DNA of 64,000 bases from the human T2T-CHM13v2.0 reference genome, Homo sapiens, in NCBI RefSeq assembly GCF_009914755.1, contig NC_060926.1. One strand, given 5' to 3'. The stretch's first letter is position 1. Each line of letters begins with the position of its first letter. The notes under the pieces were generated by a model. The model saw nothing but the letters and a program-made list of their open reading frames with translations. It made no database searches and was not told the DNA's origin. Below, piece by piece: positions 29,109-41,935 of the stretch. The translations under genes were made by a program, and so were the position numbers.

Positions 29109-31156
29109 TTAATAACAGATGAAAGTTGTCCACTATACTTACTATACTTATCCAAAAATGTAAAGGCACATGGGCCTTAGTGAGCTAAATGTCTTCAAAC
29201 CTTTGCAGGTATATTTATTTCTTTATTGCTGTTCAATTGCTATTAAAATCCTGACCATTAAGTCTTATCCTTGATCCTGTTTCCAGCAAATATTATCGGA
29301 CTACTGATATTTTCAGGTCTGAGTTTAACAGAAGGAGCAGTGTCAACTGTGTCTTTCGGGACATACAGACCAGAAATGCAGCTCACATGTAAGGCATATG
29401 TAGAAAATACAAAAAAAAAATTACATCTAAAATCCTTACAAATATAATTTTCTTTCAAAAAATTTCACTTGGAAAAAGTCTACATTTCCTTTGGTTTACA
29501 GCCTATTATATATCTGGATGATCTAATTGAGTTACCAGCCCTTTGGTGAAGAAGAATGGGCAGAGGAACTTGGTTGGCAACTGTGCCATGTCTAGTCTGG
29601 GATTTCAACTGCAGTTGAAATGATGAGCATCTTAGATCTTGCTTGTTAAAAAAAATTATAAACATATTTCCACGTAAAAATCTCCAATGCCCTGTCCCTT
29701 AAATTCCCTTAAATAGTAATATGTGAGGCACATTCTATAATGGCAGGGTTAATTCAATTCCACAAGTTTAGAGTAATAACTCAAGTGCAAACTATCTTCC
29801 TTCCTGCCAGGGACTCCTTCCAATACCGGTCATGTACAGCTATTATCTGCAGAGGCCACCATTGTATTGAGAACACAAGCAATACCGTGGCTCCCACCTG
29901 CAGGGGAAATGGCACCCCCACCCCAGCGAGTTCCACCTCATCCTGTTTGTAGCAGCTCCAAGTTCTCACTTTCTTCAGCAGATTTCAATTTGCAATTTTT
30001 AAGAGAACGGGTAGCCTATCACTTAACACTGTCACTGGAAGATAACATTTCAGTAATTACTCAGTGCTGACATTTTATTATTTAATCTTAAAATCCCATC
30101 AGAAATCCCTAGCCCGATAAGCTACAAACGAAGTTTGAAAATAAAACACCCGGCAAATCTGATTTGCAGTAATCAAAATGGCATTTTGTCAGATGGGAAC
30201 TAATTATCAACCTGACATGACTTCAATCTGCTGCCATTTTATGAAATGAGATCCGTTTGCTCTCTGTAAAGAAGATCAGCCTTGCTGCTCCATAGCTAGA
30301 TGCCCAATTTCACCTATTCTCGTGAGATTCTTCCATTATGCAAACTGGTGTTGAAGCAATTACATGCTCCAAAAGATGAAGACGAGAAATTTCACATTCA
30401 CAGACTTGTCATGTTCACCTCTTAAAATGTAAGTTCTTGCCTGGTGTTAAGATGCCTTTTTTATTTTACACAGTCACCTAACAATCTGAAGAAACATCCC
30501 CTCTGAAGGCAGTTTCAGCTCCCAGGTTCAACAAGAGGGCCCTGTCACGATTACAAGGCTCTGCTTTGAGACTGCTGAACAAATGAAGGGATCATGTTCA
30601 TTCCACGAACAGAATGCACACGTCTTCAGGCTTTTCAAGGCTATTAAGGGGCTACTGCTGGACCACAGACAATTATCAAGTCAAACGCTCCAAGTGGGCA
30701 TGAATGTTTTAGCAGAGAATAGACGGAAGGAAAGTGGAAATTAAACAGGAGTGATTTCACCCCCACATAGCTCGAGAATCCTGCTGGAATCTCCACGGAC
30801 AGAAAGAAAGAAGAGCTTTCACTAGTCCATGCCAGGAAATGGGCTGCCTGCCTCTCATTTCATGCTCTGACATATAACTCTCCTCTCTTTTCTGATAGAG
30901 GGGAAAACTGAGTCCCAGAGATGCCTGTAAATTTCCTATGGTTTTAGTCAATAAGCGAGGATGTTAGAGAGGTCCTTTCTACCACTCTCGGCTGCCTCTC
31001 CCAATGTGGAAAGAGAAACATCAGGCAGTATATTTTCTATTTGGTTGCCTCACACGTGTTGAAAAACTCTATTTGGTATTATTAAAAAACACTATTTATC
31101 TCTAACTCCCTTCAATTTTAAGTTTTAGAAATCAACTAACTATAAGAAAAAGTTTG

Positions 31157-31427
31157 GGTCAGGCATGGTGGCTCAGGCCTGTAATCCCAGCACTGTGGGA
31201 GGCCGAGGCAGGCAGATAACCTGAGGTCAGGAGTTCAAGACCGGCCTGGACAACATGGTGCAACCCTGTCTCTAGTAAACATACAAAAATTAGCAGGGTG
31301 TGGTGGTGGGAGCCTGTAATCCCAACTACTTGGGAGACTGAGGCAGGAGAATCGCTTGAACCCGGGAGGCAGAGGTTGAAGCCTGGGCAACAAGAGCAAA
31401 ACTCCATCTCAAAAAAATTTTAAAAAA
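31157..31427 (+). mobile_element. AluS with ~30-nt deletion in the right arm
   Basis: gaggttga directly followed by agcctgggcaac; TSD aagaaaaagtttg. Confidence 0.94.
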
Positions 31428-31978
31428 GAAAAAGTTTGATATAATTAAGAAAAGAAGTCAGAGGAGAAAGGGAGGAGAAAATAAAGTTGTTTTCTGGTCT
31501 TACAATATTTAATTCTTCTTTGTGGGGCTTCACAGAGAGAACGGAACTCTCAGGAGACAGGTAATAAAGTATTAAGGAAGTTTTTGTTCAGAATGCTGCT
31601 GAGGGGTATTTTCACATGTGTTACGACATCCAGAGCAGAGCTGGGAACAGCGTGCTCGTGAGTCAGTACGTGAGTAAGCCTCTGTTCTTCCAGCACAATT
31701 GCAGCTTGTTTAGTTTGCAAACACAAGTTGTCTCAGTGATCCACATTCCCAATAGGTAAGGGCCAGCGCCACACTGCCTCCTCCCACAGGACACGCAGCT
31801 CACAGCATGTGAGCCCGAATCCACATGGAAGAAAACTGGACCCTCTGAGGGGCAGCTATTCCTGTCTCCACCCTGGCTCTGAAGGAGAGCATGGAGGTCA
31901 ACCAAGAAAAATATCCTCATGTCAAACACAGTGGAGAAACTGTTTCACTTCAAGGTTTATGAGATCCAAAAATGTTAC

Positions 31979-32373
31979 TGCGATAGTTCATTTCGGGTGT
32001 CAACTTGGCTAGGCCATGGTTCTTAGATACTCGCTCAAACACTAATCTAGATGTTGGTATGAAGGTGTGTTTTAGATGAGATTAACGTTTAAATCAGCAG
32101 ACTTTGAATGAAGCAGATGACTCTCCAGAATGTGCGTGGGCTGCATCCAAACAGCTGAGGACCTTAAGGACAAAGACTGAGGTTTCCCAAAGAAGAAATA
32201 ATTCAGCTCAAGACACAACACAGAAACCTCGCCTGAGTTTCCAGCCTGCCAGCTTCCCTACGGATTTTGGACTTGTGAGTCCACACAATTGCATGAGCCA
32301 GTTACTTAAAATAAATCTCTCTCTCTCCTCGCTCTCTGTCTCCTGTTTCTCCGGAGAATCCTAACTACTAACA
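31979..32373 (+). mobile_element. MLT2 (C/D-like) ERVL solo LTR
   Basis: gtgtcaacttggctaggcc...gagattaacgtttaaatcag...ggagaatcctaactactaaca; gttac near both ends. Confidence 0.82.
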
Positions 32374-33863
32374 TTGTTACAAAGCAGATTAAACAGCCCT
32401 ATTCCCTCTGAATGTCAGAGCAGAGAGGAAAGAGGCACTTGGCAAAATATCAGTTGCTTAGAAAATCGGGGAATTAAGAGTCTATGTGAAAAAAGGCTTT
32501 TCAACACCATTCAAGTGCCAAATTGCATTTCTCAGTAACTTGTTGAGTTATTCGTTGAGTATGAGACATGCCCTTTGGAAGTTCCAGGCCAGGCACTGGA
32601 GCAGCAAAACCAGGGACACCGGCATTCGAATCTGGGCTCAGCCCCCATTCTGGGTGTGTAGCCACAGGCACATGACTGAACCTCTAGAGGCATTTCAAAC
32701 CTTGGTGTAAATGTGACACTAAAAAGACCAGAGATGTGAAGCACCCGGCTCAGAATCTAGAAAGATCAGTGCTCACTAAATAGTGGCTTAGGGTGATTGC
32801 TGCTGATACAAAAGCTATTAATAAAACACAGTTCCTCCCAGCCCTAAGGAGGAGAGAGACACATACAAGGATAATTAATGTTCTGTTTCCAAGACCACAA
32901 AAGTGATATTGTAGGTGACTGTCGGAACCCAGAGGAAGGGAAACTGAGTCAGCCCCAGAAGTAGAAGTTTGTACAGTGAGGTGGGGTAACGGGGAGCACG
33001 CATTCCAGCTAGAGGCCATTGCACCAGCAAAGCCAGGGTCAAGCCAAACCAGATACTGGCCAGCCATACTGACTGGCCAGGGAGATGTGTGGGGATTCAT
33101 TGTGCTGGGAAGCTTTCTAAAGAGCCAGCTCGTGTAAGGATGGAGACATACACAGAATAGAAACGAGAGGAAAGGGCTGCCCCGTGCATTCCTTTCTGAC
33201 TACACTAGTGGGTTGTGCACACACAAAATTTTGACTAGTAATCACTCACTTCTAGGTATCAAAACCTCCATAATTAAAAATCTGTAATGCAAATGCAGAA
33301 GGCATTTGGAAATTAAATGGTAAAAGTTTTAAATTCTTACATAGGGAGCCAGTGATATAACATAATGTGCATAGAGTAACAATTTTAATAGATGACACAA
33401 TTCTGAATGTATTGCACCGTGCTTTTCATGCACGTTAAGATGAAAGAAGATATTCTGTTAACTTAAGCACACAATAGTAAAAGATACACAACACAGTGAA
33501 AGTTCTGCAGTGACTTACAGTAAATTGATAAAAATGCTTAGCCTGTGATGAGATTAAGCCTGTTTTCAATTTTCTTTATTTTGCTTGTTTTTTCTACAAT
33601 GAATGTGAGTTGATCATGAAATGATGAAAGAGTATTTTTTTAACCCTGCCAAGAGTAAATCTAAAAAAGAAAGTGTGTCATAAATGAGTGGAATTCACTT
33701 TTATTCACAAGTATATCAGTAAGTATACTTACTTACAAGCATACCAGTAAGTATACCACTTTTATTTACAAGTATACCAAGATGCAAAAGAAAAAGTAAT
33801 GGTCTTTTGAGATTGGTTTGAGATTGAGAAAAGGAAGATGTACTGTGTAGGGGCGGTACCCAC

Positions 33864-34088
33864 CTGGATCACAGAGGCATTTGTAGCTGGTGCCCACGCT
33901 GCGGCACGTGCCATGAGCACAGGGGCTGAGGGCACAGAAGTCAATAAGCTGGGCACAGGTCGGCCCTGTGAAGCCCGGGCTGCAGTTGCAGGTAAAGTGT
34001 ACCCCGTCCACATAGCAGGTGCCGTTGTTCTGGCACGGAGACGAGGCGCAGGGGTCCACCTTTTCTTCACAAGCAGATCCGAAGTATC
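33864..34088 (-). CDS. DNER: DNER coding exon (225 nt, two EGF repeats; probably exon 8)
   Basis: TTTTTTCACAG|GA TAC TTC...GAT CCA G|GTGGGT translates (G)YFGSACEEKVDPCASSPCQNNGTCYVDGVHFTCNCSPGFTGPTCAQLIDFCALSPCAHGTCRSVGTSYKCLCDP(G) and joins in frame with both neighbouring exons. Confidence 0.97.
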
Positions 34089-34699
34089 CTGTGAAAAAAC
34101 ACATGAGAGCTTAAAAAAACTAAAACACATTTGCACATAATAACTAATCAACTGAGTCTGCTCCACTGTATATGCATAACAATTAATTCATTCACAGCTT
34201 CCAGATATGTCACAACCCAACAAGATAGGTAGGTTGTTTTTCCCACCTTTAGTAATGTAGGGTTAAAAATATTAAGCCCCACAATTCCATTTTTATTGAA
34301 ATATAAGGTATATGACTGTTTAGGAGTACATACATACGTGTACATGAATATATTTATGTGCACACATGTGTATATGAACATGTGTGTATACTCTAGAAAT
34401 ATATCAAAAATAAATTAATGGTAATTTCCTAAAGGAATATGGGATTTGGATCAGCAGAGGGCTCTCCCCTCTTATTTTGTATATATTAATGGGGAACACA
34501 TTTCTTATTTTGCTTTAATAGATATGACATAATCCTGAATTCAAAAAATTAAAACCATATCAAATAGTAAACAATGAAAAAGTCTCTTTTTCATCCTTGT
34601 CCCTTTGTCTCTAATTCCCTTCTCTACAAGCAGCCACTGTTAACAGTTTCTTGAATATATGCTTTTTAAAAAGTTGATTGTTGTAAGAGAAACAAAAGT

Positions 34700-35120
34700 G
34701 ATCTACCCACACAATGAAATACCACTCAGCAATAAAAAAAAAAATAAGTACTGACACATCGTATGACATGAATGAATGTCAAAAGCATTATGCTAAGTAA
34801 AAGAAGCTAGGCACAAAATACTACATATTATATAATCCCATTTGTAAGAAATGTGCAGGAAAAGCAAATCTGTAGATACAGAAAGTAGATAAATGGTTGC
34901 CTATGGCTGGGCCGGAAAGAGGAGTTCACTGCAAATGGACATGAGGAGTCCACTGGGGTGGATGGAAATGTTTTAAACTTGGATTGTGGTGATAGCTGCA
35001 CAACTCTGTAAATTTACTAATATGCTTTGAACTGTACTTTCAAATGAATGAATTTTATAATGTATAAATTGTACACTTAAATAAAATTTTATGTTATATA
35101 AAATTATGTAAGGCTGTTAA
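34700..35120 (+). mobile_element. L1MB/ME 3' end
   Basis: ataccactcagcaataaaa...cattatgctaagtaaaagaagc...gattgtggtgatagctgcacaactctgtaaatttactaa. Confidence 0.82.
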
Positions 35121-36319
35121 CTTTTTCTTTTAAATATGGTTACTGTGTAGGTGATTTTTATCTTGTTTCCTGTGTATCTGATTCAGTATTTCTTGTTAAA
35201 AAATTATACATGTGCATATGTGTGGGTCTCTACATCTGTGCATACATGTAGGTATATATGTTTAACAATGCTTTCCATAAAACTATACTTCTTTCAATAC
35301 TTTAAGAGCAGTTTGAAAATTAAATATTATTCAAATTTTAGAAATAAAAGTTAAATAATTTCACTCACATATAGTTTGTATTCTAATAGTCTATTACACG
35401 TCTCTTGTTTACATTTAAGTTTCTATTTACTCATCTTCTTATAGAACTCCTAGCAATACTGACAATTTTTGTTGTTGTTAAGGACACATTTAATATGTAA
35501 ACAAACCAAAATAACTCCCAGATTTAATTATGTGAAGCACCACTCATAAATTGGCATAATCAACTTGGTATTTCTCTGTGCAGTATAGAAATATAAAATT
35601 ATCCTCCAAAAAAATCCAATGCTATTCAGCATTTTATAAAATTCCTGGTAGCTTTTAAATCTTAGAAATCCTACTAAAAATGTACCATACAATCAGTTTT
35701 AATAACACTTGAATTCTCCAAAAAGTTTCTTGGCAGCCTCAAGTGGAATATAATTCTACCCATCATGAGATATGTTCCATTTTACTCTGATTGAAAAGAA
35801 GATACTTAAACATTTTTCAACATATGACAGTACTATATGTTACCGTCACTATTTAACATGATTTCAAAAATAGGATTTAATATCTCAAATCTTTTAATTT
35901 TAGACAATAAAATAATTTTTATCTGTCTAGAAAATGCAGCATAGCTGCTTAAAATATTAAAAGGCCCATTTGATTTCCTCGAGCATGACACTAAAAGTCA
36001 TTCAATATTTTTTTCTTAATATGAAGGAATAATTTTGAGAAATGAATTGACCAAGCCACCCTACAGCTTGCATTTAGTTAGATAGTGACCCAAGATTGCA
36101 TCTTATGACTTGAGAGGAAAAAAAAATGGTGGGGGTGGGCGGTGGCCAGTGGGGAGCAGTGCAGGTTCTAGGTTAACCTTGTGGATGCACTGATTTCTTT
36201 ACAAGAAATTCAGGCTCATGATAAATTCCATACCCAAGGCTGGGTACCAGTTTGCCCAAATCAGCAGCTCAAGGTGAATCAGAAAATCATAAATGTTAAT
36301 GCTCAGAAATAGAAATCAA

Positions 36320-36627
36320 TTTATTTTATTTTATTTTGTTTTGTTTTTTGAGACAGAGTCTCACTCTGTTGCCCAGGCTGGAGTGCAATGGCACAATCTT
36401 GGCTCACTGCAACCTCTGCCTTCGGGTCAAGCGATTCTCCTGCCTCAGCCTCCTGAGTAGCTGTGATTACAGGAGGACACCACCACGCCCGGCTAATTTT
36501 TGTATTTTTAGTTGAGACGGGGCTTTACCATGTTGGTCAGGCTGGTCTCGAACTCCTGACCTCGTGATCAACCTGCCTCGGCCTCCCAAAGTGCTGGGAT
36601 TATAGGCGTGAGCCACCGTGCCTGGGC
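36320..36627 (-). mobile_element. AluS
   Basis: Reverse dimer; agaaatcaa on both flanks. Confidence 0.95.
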
Positions 36628-36991
36628 ACAGAAATCAAATTTAAGAGGACATTTTGATTATTTTTGTTCCTCCAGAAGAACTGAACTAATGATGACAGAA
36701 GGTGACAGTTGAGAACTGTCAACTCTGTCAACTCTTTTAGTTGAGAACACAGAGAAGAGAAGTGATCATAGGAACTGTATCCTTGAAAACTCTATGAGAT
36801 TAGGTGGGTGAGAACTTGATGGAAAGAATATCTAGGGAGGGTCAAAGATAAGAAAAATCAGGAACAAGAAGCTTATACCTACGTTAGGAGCATAAAAATG
36901 AAAATTACTTAGAACTACTAGAACCCAGTAGAAGAGTTAATATTAAATATAGTTCTCAGTGGAGGTTGATAGTTAAGCATTGGATTAGCAA

Positions 36992-37459
36992 TGTCATGGG
37001 TTAAATTGCGTCCCTCCAAAATTCATATTTTTTAAAATTAGCTTTCTCTGGTTGAGTAAAATTCATATTTTGAAGCCCTAACTCTCAATACCTCAGAATG
37101 TGGCTTTTCAGGGATAGTGCCTTTAAAGAGGTGAGTCAGTTAAACTGAAGTTGTTAGGTTGAGCCCTAATGCAATCTGACTGGTGTCTTTATAAGCAGAG
37201 ATCAGGACACAGAAAAAGACACCAGAGATGCCTGTGCACAAAGGAAAAGACCTTGTGAGGAGGAAGCAAGAGGGTGGCCCTCTGCAGGCCAAGGAGAGAG
37301 GCCTCAGAAAAAATCAACCCTGCCAGCACTTTGATCCTGAGCTTCCAGCCTCCAGAACTAGAAGTAGATGAACTGCTTATCAGCCTCCAAAGCTAGAAAA
37401 AGATGTCTGTTGTTTAAACCTGTAGTCCTTGGTCACAGCAGCCTGAGAAGACTCATACA
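36992..37459 (+). mobile_element. MLT1A/MSTD-type MaLR LTR with internal duplications
   Basis: tgtcatgggttaaattgcgtccctccaaaattcata...gagaggcctcag...gactcataca. Confidence 0.85.
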
Positions 37460-37724
37460 AATAGGGAGCATAAGGAGACAGGGAAGCGATAATTAGGATC
37501 TTGTGTTTGATTCTGTGTTCACCACCCCAGCAGTCTGAGTGACCATGGCAAGGCCCCCTTTCTCCCATCGTCCACTGCCTCTACCTGGAAAACAGGGCTG
37601 AAACTGTTTTCTTTACAAAGTCACTGTGGGTTCTGAAAAAAATACATATCAAACTTCCTAGTACGGTTCCCAGTCCAAGGCTGGAAGAATGAATGAATTA
37701 AAAATGCTAATAATAACAGCAACA

Positions 37725-38270
<546 letters not shown>

Positions 38271-39156
38271 AGAAGAGAAGTGAATGACCAACCAATTAAG
38301 ATGTTATGATGTGTAAGCAAAACCAGGACTTATGTTTCTATCCTGTTTGTGTCTTGGTGAAAGAATAGAGGATTTACTGATCAGGTCAAAATAAAGGAAA
38401 AAGTGAATTTTAGAAAGGCAATCACTCTAGCTTTATGTCAATATACTCAGTTATAAATAGTAATATAAGCCACACAGAATAGTCCAAGTAGAAATAAAAA
38501 TGGGTAACAAGGAGACATAAAGGGTCATGGCTTTGGAGAGAGCCAATATTTCAATAAGAAGAGAAGTGCAGAAAATGAATAATAATGAGAGCACTGGTCA
38601 GGCCAGGTCACGACTGGTCTTATATGTTACACTTGGGAGCTTACATTTCATTCTGAGGCTACTGGATATCATCTATTTTCATTATTTATATCTCTAATTA
38701 TAGGCAATGTGGAGAGGGAATCAGAAGAGGTTGAGACCGGAAGCATGAAACCAGTTGTTTACTCGAATAATTGAGGTTGTGAAGGCCAATTTGTAGCAAT
38801 AAACATAAAGAATGTGAAATATATTAGAGCATGATTTTATAAGTAAAATTATCAATTCAGGGACCACTTGGACTGTAGAAGAATGGAAGAGACGACAGAG
38901 CCCAGAGACACAATGTAACATAAGTCAAAAATGCAAATGCCAGCAGGACTCCGGTAGATAATGTTGATACAGAGGGTGGATCAGGTGTAATACAATAGGG
39001 ACTGGCAGGGTCTGTGGCAAACGGGAGAAAGCATGCCCCTTCCAAAAAAGACGGCCGCCATAACCTGCAGCCAATTTGAAACATGGGGCCAGGTACCATA
39101 TCTTCTGAGTGTTCAAGAAAAGTCCGAAATCCAAATTCCTGTTTGAGCCTTGTCTA

Positions 39157-39475
39157 TTTTATTATTATTTTATTTATTTATTTATTTATTTTTTGAGATG
39201 GAGTCTTGCTCCGTAGCCCAGGCTGAAGTGCAGTGGCATGATCTCGGCTCACTGCAACCTCCGCCTCCTGGATTCAAGCATTCTCTTGCCTCAGCCTCCC
39301 AAGTAACTGGGACTACAGGCACTTGCCACCACGCCCAGCTAATTTTTGTATTTTTAGTAGAGACGGGGTTTCACCATGTTGGCCAGGCTGGTCTTGAACT
39401 CCTGACCTCAAGTGATCCACTCGCCTCAGCCTCCCAAAGTGCTGGGATTACAGGCGTGAGCCACCACACCCAGCC
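39157..39475 (-). mobile_element. AluSx-like
   Basis: (TTTA)n tail plus reverse dimer. Confidence 0.96.
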
Positions 39476-39569
39476 AAGGCTTGTCATTTTAAACTGTTGA
39501 TAAATAATTTCTCCAGCAAATAAAGCATATGTATGGGCCCTGTATATGTGTCTTCTCTGTGTGAGTTAA

Positions 39570-40150
39570 TGTTAAAGAGCTTTGAACCAAGGGGAATTGG
39601 ATTTAAACACCATCTCAGCCCACTAAACTGTGGGACTTTGGGCTAGTACTTAATCACTCTGACTTTCTGCTTTTGTATCCATGAAAGAAAGATATTAATG
39701 CTTACAATTTTCATTTCTTATGAAGCTTAACTGCAAAAATCTATGCAAAGCACTTGGCACAGTGACTCTCCAATTGTTAAGTGTTAATAAGAAGCAGCAA
39801 TAATTATAATGTAATTTCCAGGTTTTCAGATGGGGGGACAATGTGGATAGTGTTGTTATCAAATGCAGTGGAAAATACAGGAGGAGGCTGCTAAGGGAGG
39901 GTTATGAGTTCAGCTTTGTGCAAAGTGAGTTGAGATGCTTTTGCAGTTGTTCAATAGTCATTAAATATGCAGAACTTGTGCTCAGGAGAGAGGTATGAAC
40001 TAGACTGTTGACTGGGAGCCATATGCACATGGATGGGAATTGGATTCATCATAGGTATACATGACACCACTTGGGGCAAATGAACAGAGAGACAAGAAAG
40101 CTCAAGGCTGGAACTCTGAACAACTGTAGCTCTTGTGAGCACAAGAAAGA
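39570..40150. mobile_element. MIR (+, ~39570-39790) followed by L2 fragment (-, ~39810-40150)
   Basis: gactttgggctagtacttaatcactctgac; atgagttcagctttgtgcaaagtgagttgagatgc. Confidence 0.6.
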
Positions 40151-40559
40151 AGAGGAAACCAAGAGCATGTCTCATTGAGAGACCTCTCCTCTTGTTCTGC
40201 AGCTCTCTGTAGATCTCACTCTCTCCTAGCACCTACCCCACCCTGTCTGCCTCCTCCATAAGTGGTCTCTGATTTTCTTGAGATCAGGGAATGTAACTTA
40301 CATGTCTTTGTATCCCTGTTGCTCAGCATGAAGCTTGGAAAATGGTAGGCATTTGACCAGGGACAGATAAATGGACAGACAGGCAGACAGACGGATGGAT
40401 GAATAGACAGCTAGCTAAGTTTCAAGAAAGAAAGAAGTTGCAGGGTTTGGTCAGGAATAAAATATATTAAAAAAAAAAAAAAAAAAAAAGAAAGAAGAGA
40501 AACCAGGAGAGAAAGGTGTCACTGAAAACAATGGAAGAGAGAATGTGAAAAAATGGCAC

Positions 40560-40812
40560 TGAACCTTGCTTGTAAATCACATGCACAAGCCCACGCCAGC
40601 CTGCTGCAAGATGAGAGACGGCATGGAGCAAAGGAAGCTAGCACAGCCAAGGCCATTCTAGACCACTTGACCTCCATCAGTGTGGCCAGTGACCAGCTAA
40701 GCTTGCCCAAATTGCTATTGCAATGTACAAGGACTATGAGCTAAATGAGTGGCTGCCATTTTAACCACTACATTTTGGGGGTGGTTTGTCATGCAGCCAA
40801 AGTTAACTGATA
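40560..40812 (+). mobile_element. MLT1 LTR 3' fragment
   Basis: ttttaaccactacattttgggggtggtttgtcatgcagc...taactgata. Confidence 0.65.
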
Positions 40813-40926
40813 AAATTAATAGGAGCTACAGGATTGTATCTATGTGGGAATACAGGCCAGAGGGAGATTTTTGTTTTGCTTTGCTTTATGGAACAGACTT
40901 GAAAGAGTAATTGATCATACACTACA

Positions 40927-41434
40927 GGAAAATTTCACTAAAGAGATGATCAATAAATGTTTGTTGAATTGAATATCAAAAAGTCCCACTGCTGTTGAAT
41001 CAAGGATCCTGTGTTTTTTTATTATTATTAAAATTTTGCTTTTTCTTATCAATTCAGGCAAATATAATGCAGGATGAGAATGGAACTAATACTTAATATT
41101 TTCAGAGTCTGCTAGCATACCTCAGTATACATACTGAGGAGAGAATACACTTTTGGCATATTATCCAGTCTAAAAAAGAAAGTGGAAAATTTCACTAAAG
41201 AGATATCAATAAATGCTTGTAGAATTGAATATCAAAAAGGCCCACTGCTATTAAATCAAGGATCTGTGTTTTATTATTCTTAAAATTTTGCTTTTTCTTA
41301 CCAATTCAAGAAAATATAATGCAGGATGAGAATGGAACTAATACTTAATATTTTCAGAGTCTGCTAGCATATCTCAGTATATACTGAGGAGAGAATACAC
41401 TTTTGGTATATTATACAGTCTAAAAAAAGAAAGT
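40927..41434. repeat. Tandem duplication, ~257-bp unit x2
   Basis: ggaaaatttcactaaagagat...ctaaaaaagaaagt at 40927-41183, repeated at 41184-41434 with scattered mismatches and indels. Confidence 0.95.
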
Positions 41435-41784
41435 GGGATATAAAATGCTCTTCTGTTACAAAGAATGACAAAGCAAAAAGAAAATGAATGCAAGGTATAT
41501 CTGAATACACTTTGAAGAGATGAATGTGAGGTACAGCAATTATGAGATAATTTTCCTGGCTCACATGATTATTAATGACCACTAGAAAAGGAATGCCAGA
41601 CTTAAAGGCTGAGTCACTTTTGAGATGCTATTGCTTTAACGAGTAAATTCTCCATTTCCTTCTATCAGCTAAGCTATTATCTTCTTGTTCATATGACATC
41701 CTTTTACAAATGACTCACATCTCCTTCAGCCACCCTCTAAGTGACCTTCCTAAGAGAAGCAAGAACAGGTTTTATAATTCAAAG

Positions 41785-41935
41785 AATGCAGAGCCAGAAA
41801 ACCAAAGTTTGAATCTTCTTACTACCGTGTGACCTCAGGCTTAATCATTTTTTCTCTAATTTTCTTACCTACAAAATGGTGTTGGCTCCTACCATGAAGT
41901 CAAGTAAGGTGACACATGTGGTCAATAAATGTCGG
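41785..41935 (+). mobile_element. MIR
   Basis: gagccagaaaaccaaagtttgaatc...gtgtgacctcagg...tcaataaatg. Confidence 0.6.

Noticed and set aside
33850-34085. Local CpG enrichment
   Set aside because: Confined to the coding exon and too short to call a CpG-island promoter.
33762-34166. Overlapping ORFs in other frames or strand (33762..34166 -, 33838..34140 +)
   Set aside because: Shadows of the GC-rich DNER exon; no independent evidence.
36128-36155. G-rich run (ggtgggggtgggcggtggccagtgggg), possible G-quadruplex
   Set aside because: Only three G3+ tracts; weak and common.
36703-36721. Hairpin tgacagtt-gag-aactgtca
   Set aside because: An 8-bp stem is expected by chance in 64 kb.
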